This document shows positions 41,794 through 64,000 of a stretch of DNA of 64,000 bases, piece after piece (the first letter of the stretch is position 1; each line of letters begins with the position of its first letter). The notes below the pieces were generated by a model. That model saw only the letters and a list, made by a program, of their open reading frames with translations, did no database searches and had not been told where the DNA came from. The position numbers and the translations under genes were made by a program. The DNA comes from the human T2T-CHM13v2.0 reference genome, Homo sapiens, in the NCBI RefSeq assembly GCF_009914755.1, contig NC_060929.1. One strand, 5' to 3'.

Positions 41794-42055
41794 CTGAGGT
41801 AGTGTGGATGTAAGGCAGACAGAGGTGAATCTTATTCTTCTTTAACTTGTTTCAATAGCTTTTGACTTAATATTTACGTAAAAAATCACAATGTGTCCAC
41901 TCTTTAATACAACATGGAACCCATATACTTAAACGAATTTTAAATAAAACCCTTAAATGAATATATAACACATTAATTAAACATAGAACAAGAATTATAA
42001 GAATGAAAAATACCAATTTTAACATTTTTAAAATAAATACAAAGTAATAGGATAC
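41794..42055 (-). other. Probable U12-type (minor spliceosome) GT-AG intron, NUP155 intron 2 (262 nt)
   Basis: 5' site GTATCCTA (U12 consensus RTATCCTT); branch-like TGCCTTAC with its A 18 nt from the 3' end; no U-rich pyrimidine tract. Confidence 0.8.
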
Positions 42056-42193
42056 GTCCAAACTGCTCAACAAGTTCAGGTGGGAGAGGAACTCTTCGGA
42101 TGGAACTGATCTCTGGAAGGTTGGGTACGGACAGCAAACCAGGTCCTTGTAAAGGATAATCCATATCTGACATGCCAGAAACGGTGGGATTAT
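42056..42193 (-). CDS. NUP155: NUP155 exon 2 (138 nt; [46 protein letters not shown])
   Basis: Acceptor TTTTTGTAG; frame continuous with exon 1; donor C|GTATCCTA (U12-like). Confidence 0.96.
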
Positions 42194-42471
42194 CTACAAA
42201 AAGAAAATGAAGTATTTATAATAATGTACTGCTCATCAACCGGGCAAACAAAAGGATTGAGTGCCACAAAAAAATTGTTGTGTGTTGGTTCCAAAGGTAC
42301 AGAGAGAATATTCTAGTTTTGACCCAACACAAAGTAGTCCTGAAATATTCCCTTGTGAAGGTAGGAACAGTTACTGGTTTCAGGCCTAAAGGGAAAGTCG
42401 TATCTCAAAAAACTTGCTCTGTAACAAAGGAAATGTTTATTTTATTTTATTTTATTTTTTTTTTGAGATAG

Positions 42472-42651
<180 letters not shown>

Positions 42652-43104
42652 TAGCCAGGCTGGTCTTGATCTCCTGACCTCATGATCCGCCCGCCTCGGC
42701 CTCCCAAAAGGCTAGGATTACAGGTGTGAGCCACCGTGCCCAGCTGGAAATGTTTAAATTTGATAATTTAGTGTTATTTTAAAATAAAAGTGGCTGGGCG
42801 CAGTGGCTCAAGCCTGTAATCCTAGCACTTTGGGAGGCCGAGGTAGGAGGATCATGAGGTCAGGAGTTTGAGACTAGCCTGGCCAACATGGTGAAACTCC
42901 ATCTCTACTAAAGACACAAAAAATTAGCCTGCCTGGTGGCGTGCGCCTATAATCCCAGCTACTGCGGAGGCTGAGGCAGAACTGCTTGAACCCGGGAGGC
43001 GGAAGTTGCAGTGAGCTGAGATTGTGTCATTGCATTCCAGCCTGAGCGACAGGGCAAGACTCTGTCTCAAAAATAAATAAATAAATAAATAAATAAACAA
43101 AATG

Positions 43105-43650
<546 letters not shown>

Positions 43651-44175
43651 ATAATAATTTAGTGTTTTTCTATCATTTTGCTAATCTGAAATGGGAAAAT
43701 ATAAAACTGCTTTGGGGCTCAAAGGTAAAATGACTATAAGCAAACAAAATAATGACTGGGGGAAAATACTGCCTTTACCAGCTAAACATTTATAGATTAA
43801 AACAACCCATGACTTTTCCCTTTAGATTTATCCCCAAGACCACTAAGACAAATACAAATAATACCCCACAAGCAGTATCTTATTGGGGGGATAAAAACAA
43901 AGACTGCTCTATAAAGTGTTCTCATGGGCAACCTTTCTCTTGCTCTAAGACTCCATCACTAAGGACAGGAGTGGGCTGGTCTACTCAGCCTACCCTTGCT
44001 CCCGGACAAGGCGTTATTTAGACCTGACTGATGACCTACTTATCTCAGGCACTTTCTCAGGTTCTATAGAGTACAAAGATGTTAAGGAAAACTGACATAT
44101 AAAACAATCTTGAAGTGTATTATGGAAATTTTTAAAATATATATAAGAAAAATACAATAAATACCCATGTACTGA

Positions 44176-47090
<2,915 letters not shown>

Positions 47091-48014
47091 AAAGAGAAAC
47101 TAAGGACTTTCACAAGGAGTCTGGAAAAAGTTTGTCAGGCAAAAAAAGAACATTGCAGAAACAATAAAAGTAAGATAAAATCCTGAGGAAATCCTGAAGA
47201 TGGGGCTTCTTACGGAAAATATGCTAAATTCTCTGTAATCAGAGCAACGGATGAAAAATTGGATGGAAAAGAAGGGGAAGAGACTGGGTGAAAGAGGAAG
47301 GTGTGTGTAAAGGCATGAGATATGTAAGAGAAGGACCAGAATGCATGCACTGTTTTTATATCTTGTTTTCACACCTAAGGAGGCCAAAATGAGTAATGTT
47401 GTTCAAGATGATAATTGCTAATAGGCCAATCAGGTATTATAAGACACGCTCATTGGTAAGTAGCTGTAGGGAGCAAATACTATCTTTGTTTCTATCATTT
47501 CTTTGATTACAAAGCTATCAATGATTTTTATAAATAATCAGAAGTGTTCTCGGTTTACACTGCACAAATTATCCTATTTAGATTACTTTGGTTCTTGCTC
47601 ACCAACAATCTTTTCTTTCTTACACTTCGCTGGTTTTCTCCAAATTCCATCTCACAAAGGGGTCACTTTTTCTAGCAACTGATGTAATTCCATAAGCCGT
47701 GGGGAGCTGGTTATAACTTAAAACTGTTAAACAAATTACTTTCCAGTCACCTATATTGTCAACACATATTCTGCCTTACTCTCCCTGTACATAAGCACTG
47801 TGATTTCCCTGTTCTCTTTCTTTATTCCACTGGTAGTTCTTTTAAGATCCTCCAGCATTTCATAACACACATCTCTACACATAATAAAGCGTTTCTTGGC
47901 CGGGTGCAGTGGCTTGCGCCTGTAATCCCAGCACTTTGGGAAGCCGAGGCGGGCGGATCACTTGAGGTCAGAGTTCGTGACCAGCCAGGCCAATATGGTG
48001 AAACCCCGTCTCTA

Positions 48015-48179
<165 letters not shown>

Positions 48180-48539
48180 TCAATAAATAAACAAATAAAT
48201 ATAAAGCAAAGCGTATCTTTAAGATAACATGCTAAATTTCCAAATTAACTTCGTTTGCTCTTACGATCTACTCAAACACTAACAGGAGAAATGAACAAAT
48301 TTGGGACTTGGATCTGGAGATGCTTCTCATATGGCCTTAGCCATAAGCACTTGAGAGCGGCGAGAAGCTCATTAAGGTTGAGGTCTTTGCCTCTTTCTGC
48401 TTCAACTGGGAGCTTGCTCTTCACTCTTGCCCTCTCAAGTATCTACAATGAAGAAAGTGAGGAAAGGAAAAAACCTGAAAAGAAGCTGCTTGCTGTTCTC
48501 CAAAAATGCAGCCAACAGTGCCATAAATCTCAGCATATC

Positions 48540-49450
48540 CTCGCCGGGACCAACGCTGGGGATAAGTAGCAAATTAGGAAGTCAGGCGAGAGTCCTTTAG
48601 GTTGAGAAAGCAGGGTCACTATCACTCACTTGGGGCAGACACCATAAGCAGCTCGGAAAGGTCCGGGTACATGCGGTCCTCTTGCAACTGACGGTCGATG
48701 AGCCGTCCAGCATTTTCCAGAGCTTCCTGCAGGGCTGCGGCAGATGTAGAGGCCGGCATCGCCGCGCCCAACAAAGAAGACGGCATCTCGGAAATCGTAG
48801 ACACCAGGGTCCAGAAAAAGTCAAAAACCAAGGAGAAACAAGAAAAGATCCAAGAAGTTAGCTTAGATCCGCCGCCTAGGGCGCGCGCGCCAAACGAGCG
48901 CCTTGGCGCCTCGACATGACGCACTTCCGCTTCATCCGGTGGGGAACTGGAAGACGCCGTTCTGGCCTGGGAAGAGGAAGCTGTTGGGAGGGGGCTAGAG
49001 GTTGTGGGTGGAGCTAGGAGGCTGCTGATGCTTTCGAGGGGGTTGAGGGTTTTGGGGTGTGGCAGGGTAAAATTAGGGTAGGTTATTTAGGGAAGGGAGG
49101 GAGGGAAAGGAAGGGAAGGATAAAGGGGAGGGAACAGGGAAGGAGAGGGGCGGGATGGGGTTGGATAGGGTGAGGAGGAAGGAGGGAGGAGGGATACGGT
49201 AGGTGGGAGCTAGGTCGTGTGTCTGGCCTAGGAGGTTGGTCAGGTTCCGTTGGTTTAAGCGCGTGCTCGACCTGAGTCTTGGAACTTCCCGCGTCGGTAT
49301 CCGCTAACTGCAGCTATATGAGTTCGCGCATGAGCGCGCAGTTTGGTTCTCCAAGTAACTGCTTTTGTGAGAGTAGTTAAGAATTGGTAGGTCGCTGTCA
49401 CAGAGAGGGATATAAACCAGTATCTCACTATATTCTTCGCGGGCTTCAGT
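48540..49450 (-). promoter_or_regulatory. NUP155 CpG-island promoter/5'UTR with E2F, ETS/half-CRE and NRF1-like motifs
   Basis: Non-repeat CpG-rich stretch; E2F TTTGGCGC (minus strand, 48887-48894); TGACGCACTTCCGC (48917-48930; half-CRE abutting ETS CGGAAGTG); TTCCCGCG (49286-49293); NRF1-like CGCGCATGAGCG (49325-49336); no TATA box seen. Confidence 0.8.
48630..48786 (-). CDS. NUP155: NUP155 coding exon 1 (157 nt; [52 protein letters not shown])
   Basis: ATG at 48786-48784 within a CpG island; translation matches the nucleoporin 155 N-terminus; donor A|GTGAGT at 48629. Confidence 0.97.
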
Positions 49451-50464
49451 GTAAATTAGAATTCATCAGGCTTTTCCATTTGCGTGTCGCTGTCTTTTGA
49501 CTTTGTTGCCCCTTAGTATAAAATACGTGTTTAAGAAGAAGCTGAGTGCAGGTGGACCGCTGCCGTGCTTTTTATCGTGGCAGAGATAGCAGACAGTTCT
49601 AATTCATCTTTCCATTCCCAGCGCTAGTATAGGAACTCGTATGAGATAGGAACCCAAGAGTTCATACAATCCTAAGAAACTGAATACTTGCCTTGTGCCT
49701 GGTGCTGGGACTATCAAACTAACACAGTGTTTCCTGTCCTTAAGGTGCTTCAAGCAGAGACAAAGGGCTTCATTATAATTTTTCTATTTGGATAGGTATA
49801 AACTATAGCAGGATAGGAGAAAGCAGAGAGGTAAAAGAGGCTTCATTTACTACAGAAGGCAACCTGAGTGGGTAAATCAAAGCACTTTTTAGAAAGCTGC
49901 TCTTATTTAGAATCTCACCTAAGAAAGCTTCCAGTTATGTTCTTCAGAATTTCACAAATCAATAACTGAATTACTCTAAATTGGTCTTTTGCTATTTGAA
50001 TTACATTTTTACTCCCTCAAAGACTTGACTACATTTCTGAAAATTGAAAGTTCTTTGATGTTACCAATCTACACTTAAAATTTGACATAGCCAATATACC
50101 AAGAAAAACTGGATTTTTTATCATTGGTATATAGATAGGCAGTTGGGTCTCTAGCTGTGAGTTTACTTTATTTGGTAGACCATAGATTGAAAAGTGGTGG
50201 TCTGGCACCGAGTTTGTTTTTAATTTGAGACAAAATACACAAAGTTTTCAACTCCATAAATTGGAAGATTCAACAACGTTGCTGTGATATTCCTGCATAG
50301 AAGTAAAGCTCCCCAAAGTGTAATCTAACTAACTTAATTCATTGGCATATTGCCTATGCTTTCCCACTACAACTGCTAAACCGAGTAATTTCTACAAAAG
50401 ACTGCAAAGCCTTAAATACGGACTCTGGCACTTTACAGGAAAAGTTTGCTGACCTCTTCCCTAG

Positions 50465-53480
<3,016 letters not shown>

Positions 53481-53741
53481 TTTAATTTAGGAATTTTAAG
53501 ATAGAGCATGCTTCTTCAATGATTAGTAGAAACACAGATATAAACAAAGATTTTATTACTTACATGCCTGGCGGGGCATCTGGCGCACCTGGAGGTCAAG
53601 GAATGCAGTCAGGGAAAGAGAAAGAGGGACTCATGAGCCAATGCATTTATTGGGTTCATGGTGTTTTCCAAATAGATTTCCCAAGAGGAATTCCCACACT
53701 TTAATTGGTGGGTTTAAAGCAAGCATGCACAAATTTGAGGA

Positions 53742-53926
53742 CAAGCTTGTCAGCCCAGAATGGCTTTGAATGTGGCCCAACACAAATTCGTTAACTTTCT
53801 TAAAACATTGTGAGATTTGTGATTTTTTTAAAGTTCTCAGCTGTTGTTAGTGTATTTAATGTGTTGCCCAAGACAATTCTTCTTCTTCCATTGTGGCCTA
53901 GGGAAGCCAAAAGATTGGACACCCCG
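53742..53926 (-). mobile_element. MER30 hAT MITE
   Basis: GGCTTTGAATGTGGCCCAACACAAATTCG ... GGGAAGCCAAAAGATTGGACACCC is the reverse complement of MER30. Confidence 0.85.
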
Positions 53927-54398
53927 TTCTTGGAAGTCATGCTGTGACCGAGGTAGTCACTGTGGCATATCTGCACAGTCCATGTAGGACGTCAGTGACA
54001 GCAGGGCCGGTGAAGTAGGCTGTATGTATTTATCCTATGGGGAGGCGGGCACCAGGAGGAAGTTTTACACAATAGATACCTGGATTGATCACATTGAGGA
54101 ACTGGGAGGAGGTGTAGAACTAGAAACGGTGTCAAGGGTGACTGAACCCTGTTTCTGATATGAGAAAGTCCAACTTATATTCAAAATAAATGCTAAGACA
54201 ACATAAAATTGTAAGAATTTGGCCGGGCGTGGTGGGCCACGCCTGTAATCCCAGCACTTTGGGAGGCCTAGGCCGGCAGATTGCCTGAGGTCAGGAGTTA
54301 GACACCAGCCTGACCAACATGGGGAAACCCCATCTCTACTAAAAATACAAAAAAAATTGGCCGGTCTGGTTGCACATGCCTGTAATCCCAGCTACTCA

Positions 54399-54503
<105 letters not shown>

Positions 54504-54561
54504 TCAAAACCAAAAAAACAAAAAAACGAATACACTACAGGCACCGTAGATTTACCCACTG

Positions 54562-56922
<2,361 letters not shown>

Positions 56923-57172
56923 TTATAGAAACTCCAGATACTACTTCTCCCCTCCAGTGGTCTGAGTTGCGCGGCGCTTTCCCGCCTGTCCGGTAGGGCG
57001 GTGCCGCGCAGAAAGCCGCGGTCCCTCTGCGGAAGGCGCCGCTCTTGGCTTCGGCGGCGCCGCTGTAGCTTGAAGGCGGTACTTCCTCCAGCATTTGCCG
57101 CAAGTTATTGGCAAGTTCCCCTGCAGTTGTTTGGGCTGTCCCTGTGGCTGGTTCTGGGGTGTGCGGCCAGCC

Positions 57173-57197
57173 ATGGAGCGCTCTGGGCCCAGCGAAG
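57173..57197 (+). CDS. WDR70: WDR70 coding exon 1 (25 nt; MERSGPSE)
   Basis: Strong Kozak CAGCCATGG in a CpG island; donor AAG|GTGGGT; peptide recognised as the WDR70 N-terminus. Confidence 0.92.
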
Positions 57198-57293
57198 GTG
57201 GGTTTCATGAGGCGAGTCCGGGCGGGGTGGGCCGTGTCGGGGGAGCTGGGGCGCCGCACTAACTAGGCCGCCTCTCTTTTCCTCTTGCTCCAG

Positions 57294-57359
57294 TGACAGG
57301 CTCAGACGCGTCGGGACCGGACCCGCAGCTTGCGGTCACCATGGGCTTCACGGGGTTCG
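57294..57359 (+). CDS. WDR70: WDR70 exon 2 (66 nt; VTGSDASGPDPQLAVTMGFTGF)
   Basis: 96-nt intron 1 with branch point CACTAAC (57257-57263), pyrimidine tract and CAG; donor G|GTGAGT. Confidence 0.94.
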
Positions 57360-58127
57360 GTGAGTGACTGCCCCAGGCAGAGACCCTCTTCCTTGTGCAG
57401 AGGTTTGAAGATCCGCAGAGTGGGAGTGGAGATCGAGCTGTCAACTCGGAATTATTGTAGCTCGGGTGCATACCTTGCAGTTTGTCAATATTCTTCTCCC
57501 ATTTGTCTTCTATTCTGCGTTATCCGTTGGAACCAACTCAGATGACAGTTATGAGAGTCCTGGAGAGAGAGGAAGAGAAAGGATTTTTCTAATTTTAAGT
57601 CACCAATAATGCTAAAATGAACATTTTTGTAAATAACAGCATTTGTACGAGGATTTTTAAAAATACGTAATTCGGTAGGGTAGATTTCTAAAAGAGAGTG
57701 TAGTTTATTCAGAAATATAAATACTTAAAAAGCTGAAAAATTGGGTATGTGCCTTTTAAAGCTTCTTGATGCTTATTGCCGTAATACCCATCAAAAAACT
57801 TGTTCCAGGTTATACCAAAGTTAACAGAATTAAGAATGCCATTTTTACCATATCCCTACCAACACAGAGTAGGTATTATTATTTAAAAAGAAAATTATTT
57901 AAAAAATGAAAACAAAACTTAGTAGACTGATACATGAAAAATGATTTCTCTTTATTTTCCATTTTAAAATTATAAATGCTGTTCATCCAAACATTGGGAT
58001 TCTAACTTCCCTGAACCTTTTCTCAAGGTCTTCTTGTTTTCTTTTGACCAGCGTGTATTAATTCTATGATAGTAATTAAACAGTAGACTTACACATATTG
58101 GCCTTGGGTTGTGTTCACACATACTAG

Positions 58128-58384
<257 letters not shown>

Positions 58385-59407
58385 TGATCCGCCCGTCTCG
58401 GCCTCCGAAAGTGCTGGGATTACAGGCGTGAGCCACTGTGCCCAGCCTTTTCTATTCTTTTTTTATTTTTTGAGATGGAGTCTCGCTCTGTCACTCAGGC
58501 TGGAGTGTACTAGTGCGATCTTCGCTCATTGCAGCCTCCTCCTCCCAGGCTTAAGCCATCCTCCCACCTTAGTCTCCTGAGTAGCTGGGACCACAGATGT
58601 GTGCCACCACACCTGGCTAATTTTTTATACTTTTGGTAGAGACGAGGTTTCACCATGTTGCCCAGGCTGATCAATCTCCTGAGCTCAAGCAGTCCGCCCA
58701 CCTGAGCCTCTCAAAGTGATTACAGGCATGAGCCACCCCACCCGGTATAAATCCTTCATTTTAGTACATCATTCCTTTACTCAGGAGTGAGAAAGTTGTC
58801 CATATGTTTGTGCCAAATAGGGGAAAATTTTAAGAGTTTTGATAAAGTTACTGGGGGAGGAGGAGAATGTTTCCATGCTCATCCAGTTCCTTGTTAGAGG
58901 GCTGAGATTTCTGTTTCCCTCTTAGCTCCTTAAAGTACCTGCATTACTTCTCATGTTGCCCCTTTCGTCTTCAAGCCAACTATAATGCCTCAAATTCTTC
59001 TCAGACATTGGATCTCTCTGACTTCTTCTGCCATAGCTGTTCTGCATCTTTGCCTTTAAGGGCCAAATAGGATAGTTTCCCTATTTAAAAGTCCATAACC
59101 TTAATTATATTGCAAAGGGTAACTTTTGGGGCATTCTCCATTTTGCCTCCCCACATCAGTGTTGTTGTTTCATAGGGTAGGGATCTAGAGGAGGATGGGA
59201 AAGTTGCCTGGTTAATAGTACTTAGTGAAGGGATTGTCAGCAGAAGTTTTCTGTGACTCAAACTCCTTCTTCTGTGATATATTATGGTTATATTGGAGCC
59301 ATGCTATAAACTAGACAAAGTAAGTGTTTATTGATCAGTATTGATCACCTAAAGTTTGGCCAACTTACTGCAAGACAATCACAGTCTCCCATTTGTTCAT
59401 GTTTTAG

Positions 59408-59491
59408 GTAAAAAAGCTCGCACATTTGACTTGGAAGCAATGTTTGAACAAACTCGAAGGACAGCTGTGGAAAGAAGTCGCAAAACACTGG
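59408..59491 (+). CDS. WDR70: WDR70 exon 3 (84 nt; GKKARTFDLEAMFEQTRRTAVERSRKTL); gene continues beyond right edge
   Basis: Acceptor TTTTAG, donor G|GTAAGA; inside ORF 59356..59559; frame continuous with exon 2. Confidence 0.94.
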
Positions 59492-59804
59492 GTAAGAAGC
59501 TCAGATATTTGTTCTTTTATTGGTTTAAGTACTATGTATACCTCATGCAAGTATATTAAAAAAGAGAAAAGAATGTTGGCTGGGCGCGGTGGCTCATGCC
59601 TGTAATCCCAGCACTTAGGGAGGCCAAGGCGGGCAGATCACCTGAGGTCAGAAGTTTGAGACCAGCCTGGCCAACATGGTGAAACCCCATCTCAACTAAA
59701 AATACAATAATTAGCTGGGCATGGTGCAGGGGCCTGTAATCCCAGCTAGTCGTGAGGCTGAGGCAGTGGCTTCAGTTGAAGTCGGGAGGCAGAGGTTGCA
59801 GTGA

Positions 59805-60117
<313 letters not shown>

Positions 60118-60142
60118 TAGTTTCGAACTCCTGACCTTGTGA

Positions 60143-60451
<309 letters not shown>

Positions 60452-60483
60452 TGATCTGCCTGCCTCCTAAAGTGCTGGGATTA

Positions 60484-60816
<333 letters not shown>

Positions 60817-61211
60817 TCAAAATAAAAAAAATAAAATAAAATAAAATGGGCGACAAGAGCAAAACTCCATCTTAAAATAAAATAAGATAAAATAAAATAT
60901 AAAATATAAAACAAAATAACTAAAATAAAAAATAAAACGTTGTACAGCAGCAATATCCAGTATTTGGCAGTGTGCCTGACAAAAAATATTTTCAGTCTTT
61001 GGAAGAAAACTTTTTGTGGTGAAAAGAAAGCCATCTACATGTACTATTTTTTGAAAAAAACCTTTCATTATTTGTTTTATTTGAGACGGAGGCCTGCTCT
61101 GTCGCCCAGGCTGGAGTGCAATGGCGTGATCTCAGCTCACTGTGACCTCCGCCTCTTGGGTTCAAGTGATTCTCTTGCCTCAGCCTCCTGAGTAGCTGGG
61201 ATTACAGGTGA

Positions 61212-61568
<357 letters not shown>

Positions 61569-62275
61569 TAGTAGAGATGGGGTTTCACCGTGTTAGGCAG
61601 GATGGTCTCGATCTCCTGACCTCGTGATCCACTCGCCTTGGCCTCCCAAAGTGCTGGGATTACAGGTGTGAGCCACTGCACCCAGCAAAACCCTTCATTA
61701 TTATGTGAAATTTCAAACACGGAAGTATAGTCATGAACTACCATGTACCTATCAATCAGATTTAACTACTGTAACAGTTCATGGCTAGCATTACTTCGTT
61801 TCCCCTTTCAGATGATTTCGAAGCAAATCTTGGACATCATTTTACTCATAAATATTTTTGTATATACCTTAAAACGATAAGGATTGTTTTAAAAAAAGCT
61901 TAACCAAGATACCTGTAAGAGATAGGAAAAACCAAGTTGTTTCCTATCCTCTAGCACTCCTCTCAGTACTTCCCCCCCCTTTTTTTTTTTTTTTTTTATT
62001 TGAGACAGGGTCTCACTGCTGTTGCTTAGACAGGTGTGCAGTGGCATGACCTTGCCTCACTGCAGACTCCACTTCCCAGGCTCAGGTAATCCTGCCACCT
62101 CAGCCTCCCAAATAGTTGGGACTATAGGTTGGTGCTACCACACCCCACTAATTTTTTGTATTTTTAGTTGAGATAGATTTCACCATGTTGGCCAGGCGCA
62201 GTGGATCACGCCTGTAATCCCAGCACTTTGGGAGGGGCGGATCACGAGGTCAGGAGATTGAGACCATCCTGGCTA

Positions 62276-62564
<289 letters not shown>

Positions 62565-62589
62565 CTAGGATTACAGGTGTGAACCAGTA

Positions 62590-63319
62590 CTTTATTTCTG
62601 ACACCAGATATGTAGGAGTTTTCCCCCACACATCAACCAGTTCTCCAACTGGGTATCCGGTAACTCAGTTTAATTCTGACACCGTCTGCCTGGAGACTAC
62701 CACAAGACTGCCTTCACTCAGACACTAATCTCAATTCACAGGTTGTGACCAGTGCTTCTAATCTACTGGCTATAAATCAGGGTTCCCATGACCGCTCTTT
62801 TTGGTTTGATAATTAGCTAGGACGGCTCACAGGGAAACACTTTACTTGCGTTTAACAGTTTATTATAAAGAATATTATAAATGATACAGATGAACAGCCA
62901 GATGAAGTAATGCACTGGGCAAGGTATGGGGTGGGAGAGGTGCAGAGCTTCTGTGCCCTCTCTGGGTGCACCAACTCCCCAGCATACCCCTGTGTTCAGC
63001 TACCCTGAAGCTAATCACATCTAGTGGTTCAGGAGTGTCTAGGCTGGGTGCAGTGGCTCACACCTATAATCCCAGCACTTTGGGGGACCAAGGTAGGAGG
63101 ATCACTTGAGCCCAGGAGTTTGAGATAAACCTGGGCTAACACAGTGAGATCCCATTCAAAAAATCTTACAAAAATTAGCTGGGCATGGTGGTGCACACCT
63201 GTAGTCCCAACTACTTGGGAGGCTGAGGTGAGAGGGTCAGTTGAGCCCAGTGGTTGAGGCTGCAGTGAGCTATGATCATGCCACTGCATCACAGCCTGAG
63301 TAAAAAAGCGAGAGCCTGT

Positions 63320-63353
<34 letters not shown>

Positions 63354-63605
63354 ATAGATCTTAATTTTCAGCTTCTCCAGAGATTGGTGGGTGGGGAAAA
63401 GTTCCAATTATCTAACCCATCAGTTTTTTAAGTGAGCAGCAGTCCCATCCTGAGGCCTAGGGGTCCAGCACTAAGTCACTTCAATAGCATAAACTTAGGT
63501 GGGATCCAAAGGGGCTTCTAATGAATAACAAGAGACAGCTCCTATCACTTAGGAAATTCCAAGGGTTTCAGAAGCTCTGTGGCAGGAACCTGAAACAAAG
63601 ACCAA
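62590..63605. mobile_element. MER21-like LTR with nested Alu
   Basis: TTCTGACACCAGAT ... CAGTTTAATTCTGACAC ... GGCTATAAATCAGGGTTCCCATGACC ... CACTTAGGAAATTCCAAGGGTTT. Confidence 0.7.
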
Positions 63606-64000
63606 ATATATATATATATTTTTTGAGACAGAGTCTTGCTCTGTCGCCCAGACTGGAGTGCAGTGGTGCGATCTCGACTCACTGCAAGCTCCGCCTCCCG
63701 GGTTCACGCCATTCTCCTGCCTCAGCCTCCTGAGTAGCTGGGACTATAGGTACCGGACACCATGCCTGGCTAATTTTTTTTTTTTTTTTGTATTTTTAGT
63801 AGAGACAGGGTTTCACCCTGTTAGCCAGGATGGTCTCGATCTCCTGCCCTCATGATCCGCCCCCCTCAGCCTCCCAAAGTCCTGGGATTACAGGAGTGAG
63901 CCACTGCACCTGGCCAAATATATTTCATATTATACCACAATATCATCACATCAAAAAACAATTTTAATATCCTCAAACGATGGACAAAGACATGCTATCT

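Larger units (their letters stand above)
56950..57480 (+). promoter_or_regulatory. WDR70 CpG-island promoter/5'UTR
   Basis: Dense CpG outside Alus spanning exons 1-2; E2F-type TTTCCCGC at 56978-56985; GC-box-like GGGCGG near 56996. Confidence 0.8.

Noticed and set aside
48787-48924. N-terminal extension of NUP155 in ORF 48622..48924
   Set aside because: Begins at a non-ATG codon in the promoter region; the recognised protein starts at MPSSLL.
49380-50400. Divergent plus-strand lncRNA upstream of NUP155
   Set aside because: Only an isolated donor-like GTAGGT near 49387 in unique sequence; not supportable without expression data.

Overview
This is Alu-saturated primate genomic DNA, almost certainly the human NUP155/WDR70 locus (5p13, recognised from the encoded proteins). 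On the minus strand, coding exons 1-20 of NUP155 can be spliced by hand into one uninterrupted frame (2207 nt, about 735 codons, all GT-AG; the gene continues off the left edge). On the plus strand, about 8.4 kb away head-to-head, are coding exons 1-3 of WDR70 (continues off the right edge). Almost all ORFs in the supplied track are Alu read-throughs, not genes. I found no new multi-gene system. The most notable non-obvious signals are: (1) an internally deleted PGBD4/MER75-family piggyBac transposon with recognisable transposase sequence about 1.2-2.4 kb upstream of the WDR70 promoter; (2) a probable U12-type (minor spliceosome) intron 2 in NUP155; (3) a tandem duplication with a chimeric Alu at its junction, the signature of Alu-Alu unequal recombination; (4) a U7 snRNA retrocopy nested in a Tigger2 element; (5) two MADE1 MITEs each split by an Alu; (6) a tandem repeat over the branch-point zone of exon 18. 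Repeat family names come from recalled consensus sequences, not from a RepeatMasker run, and their boundaries are approximate.
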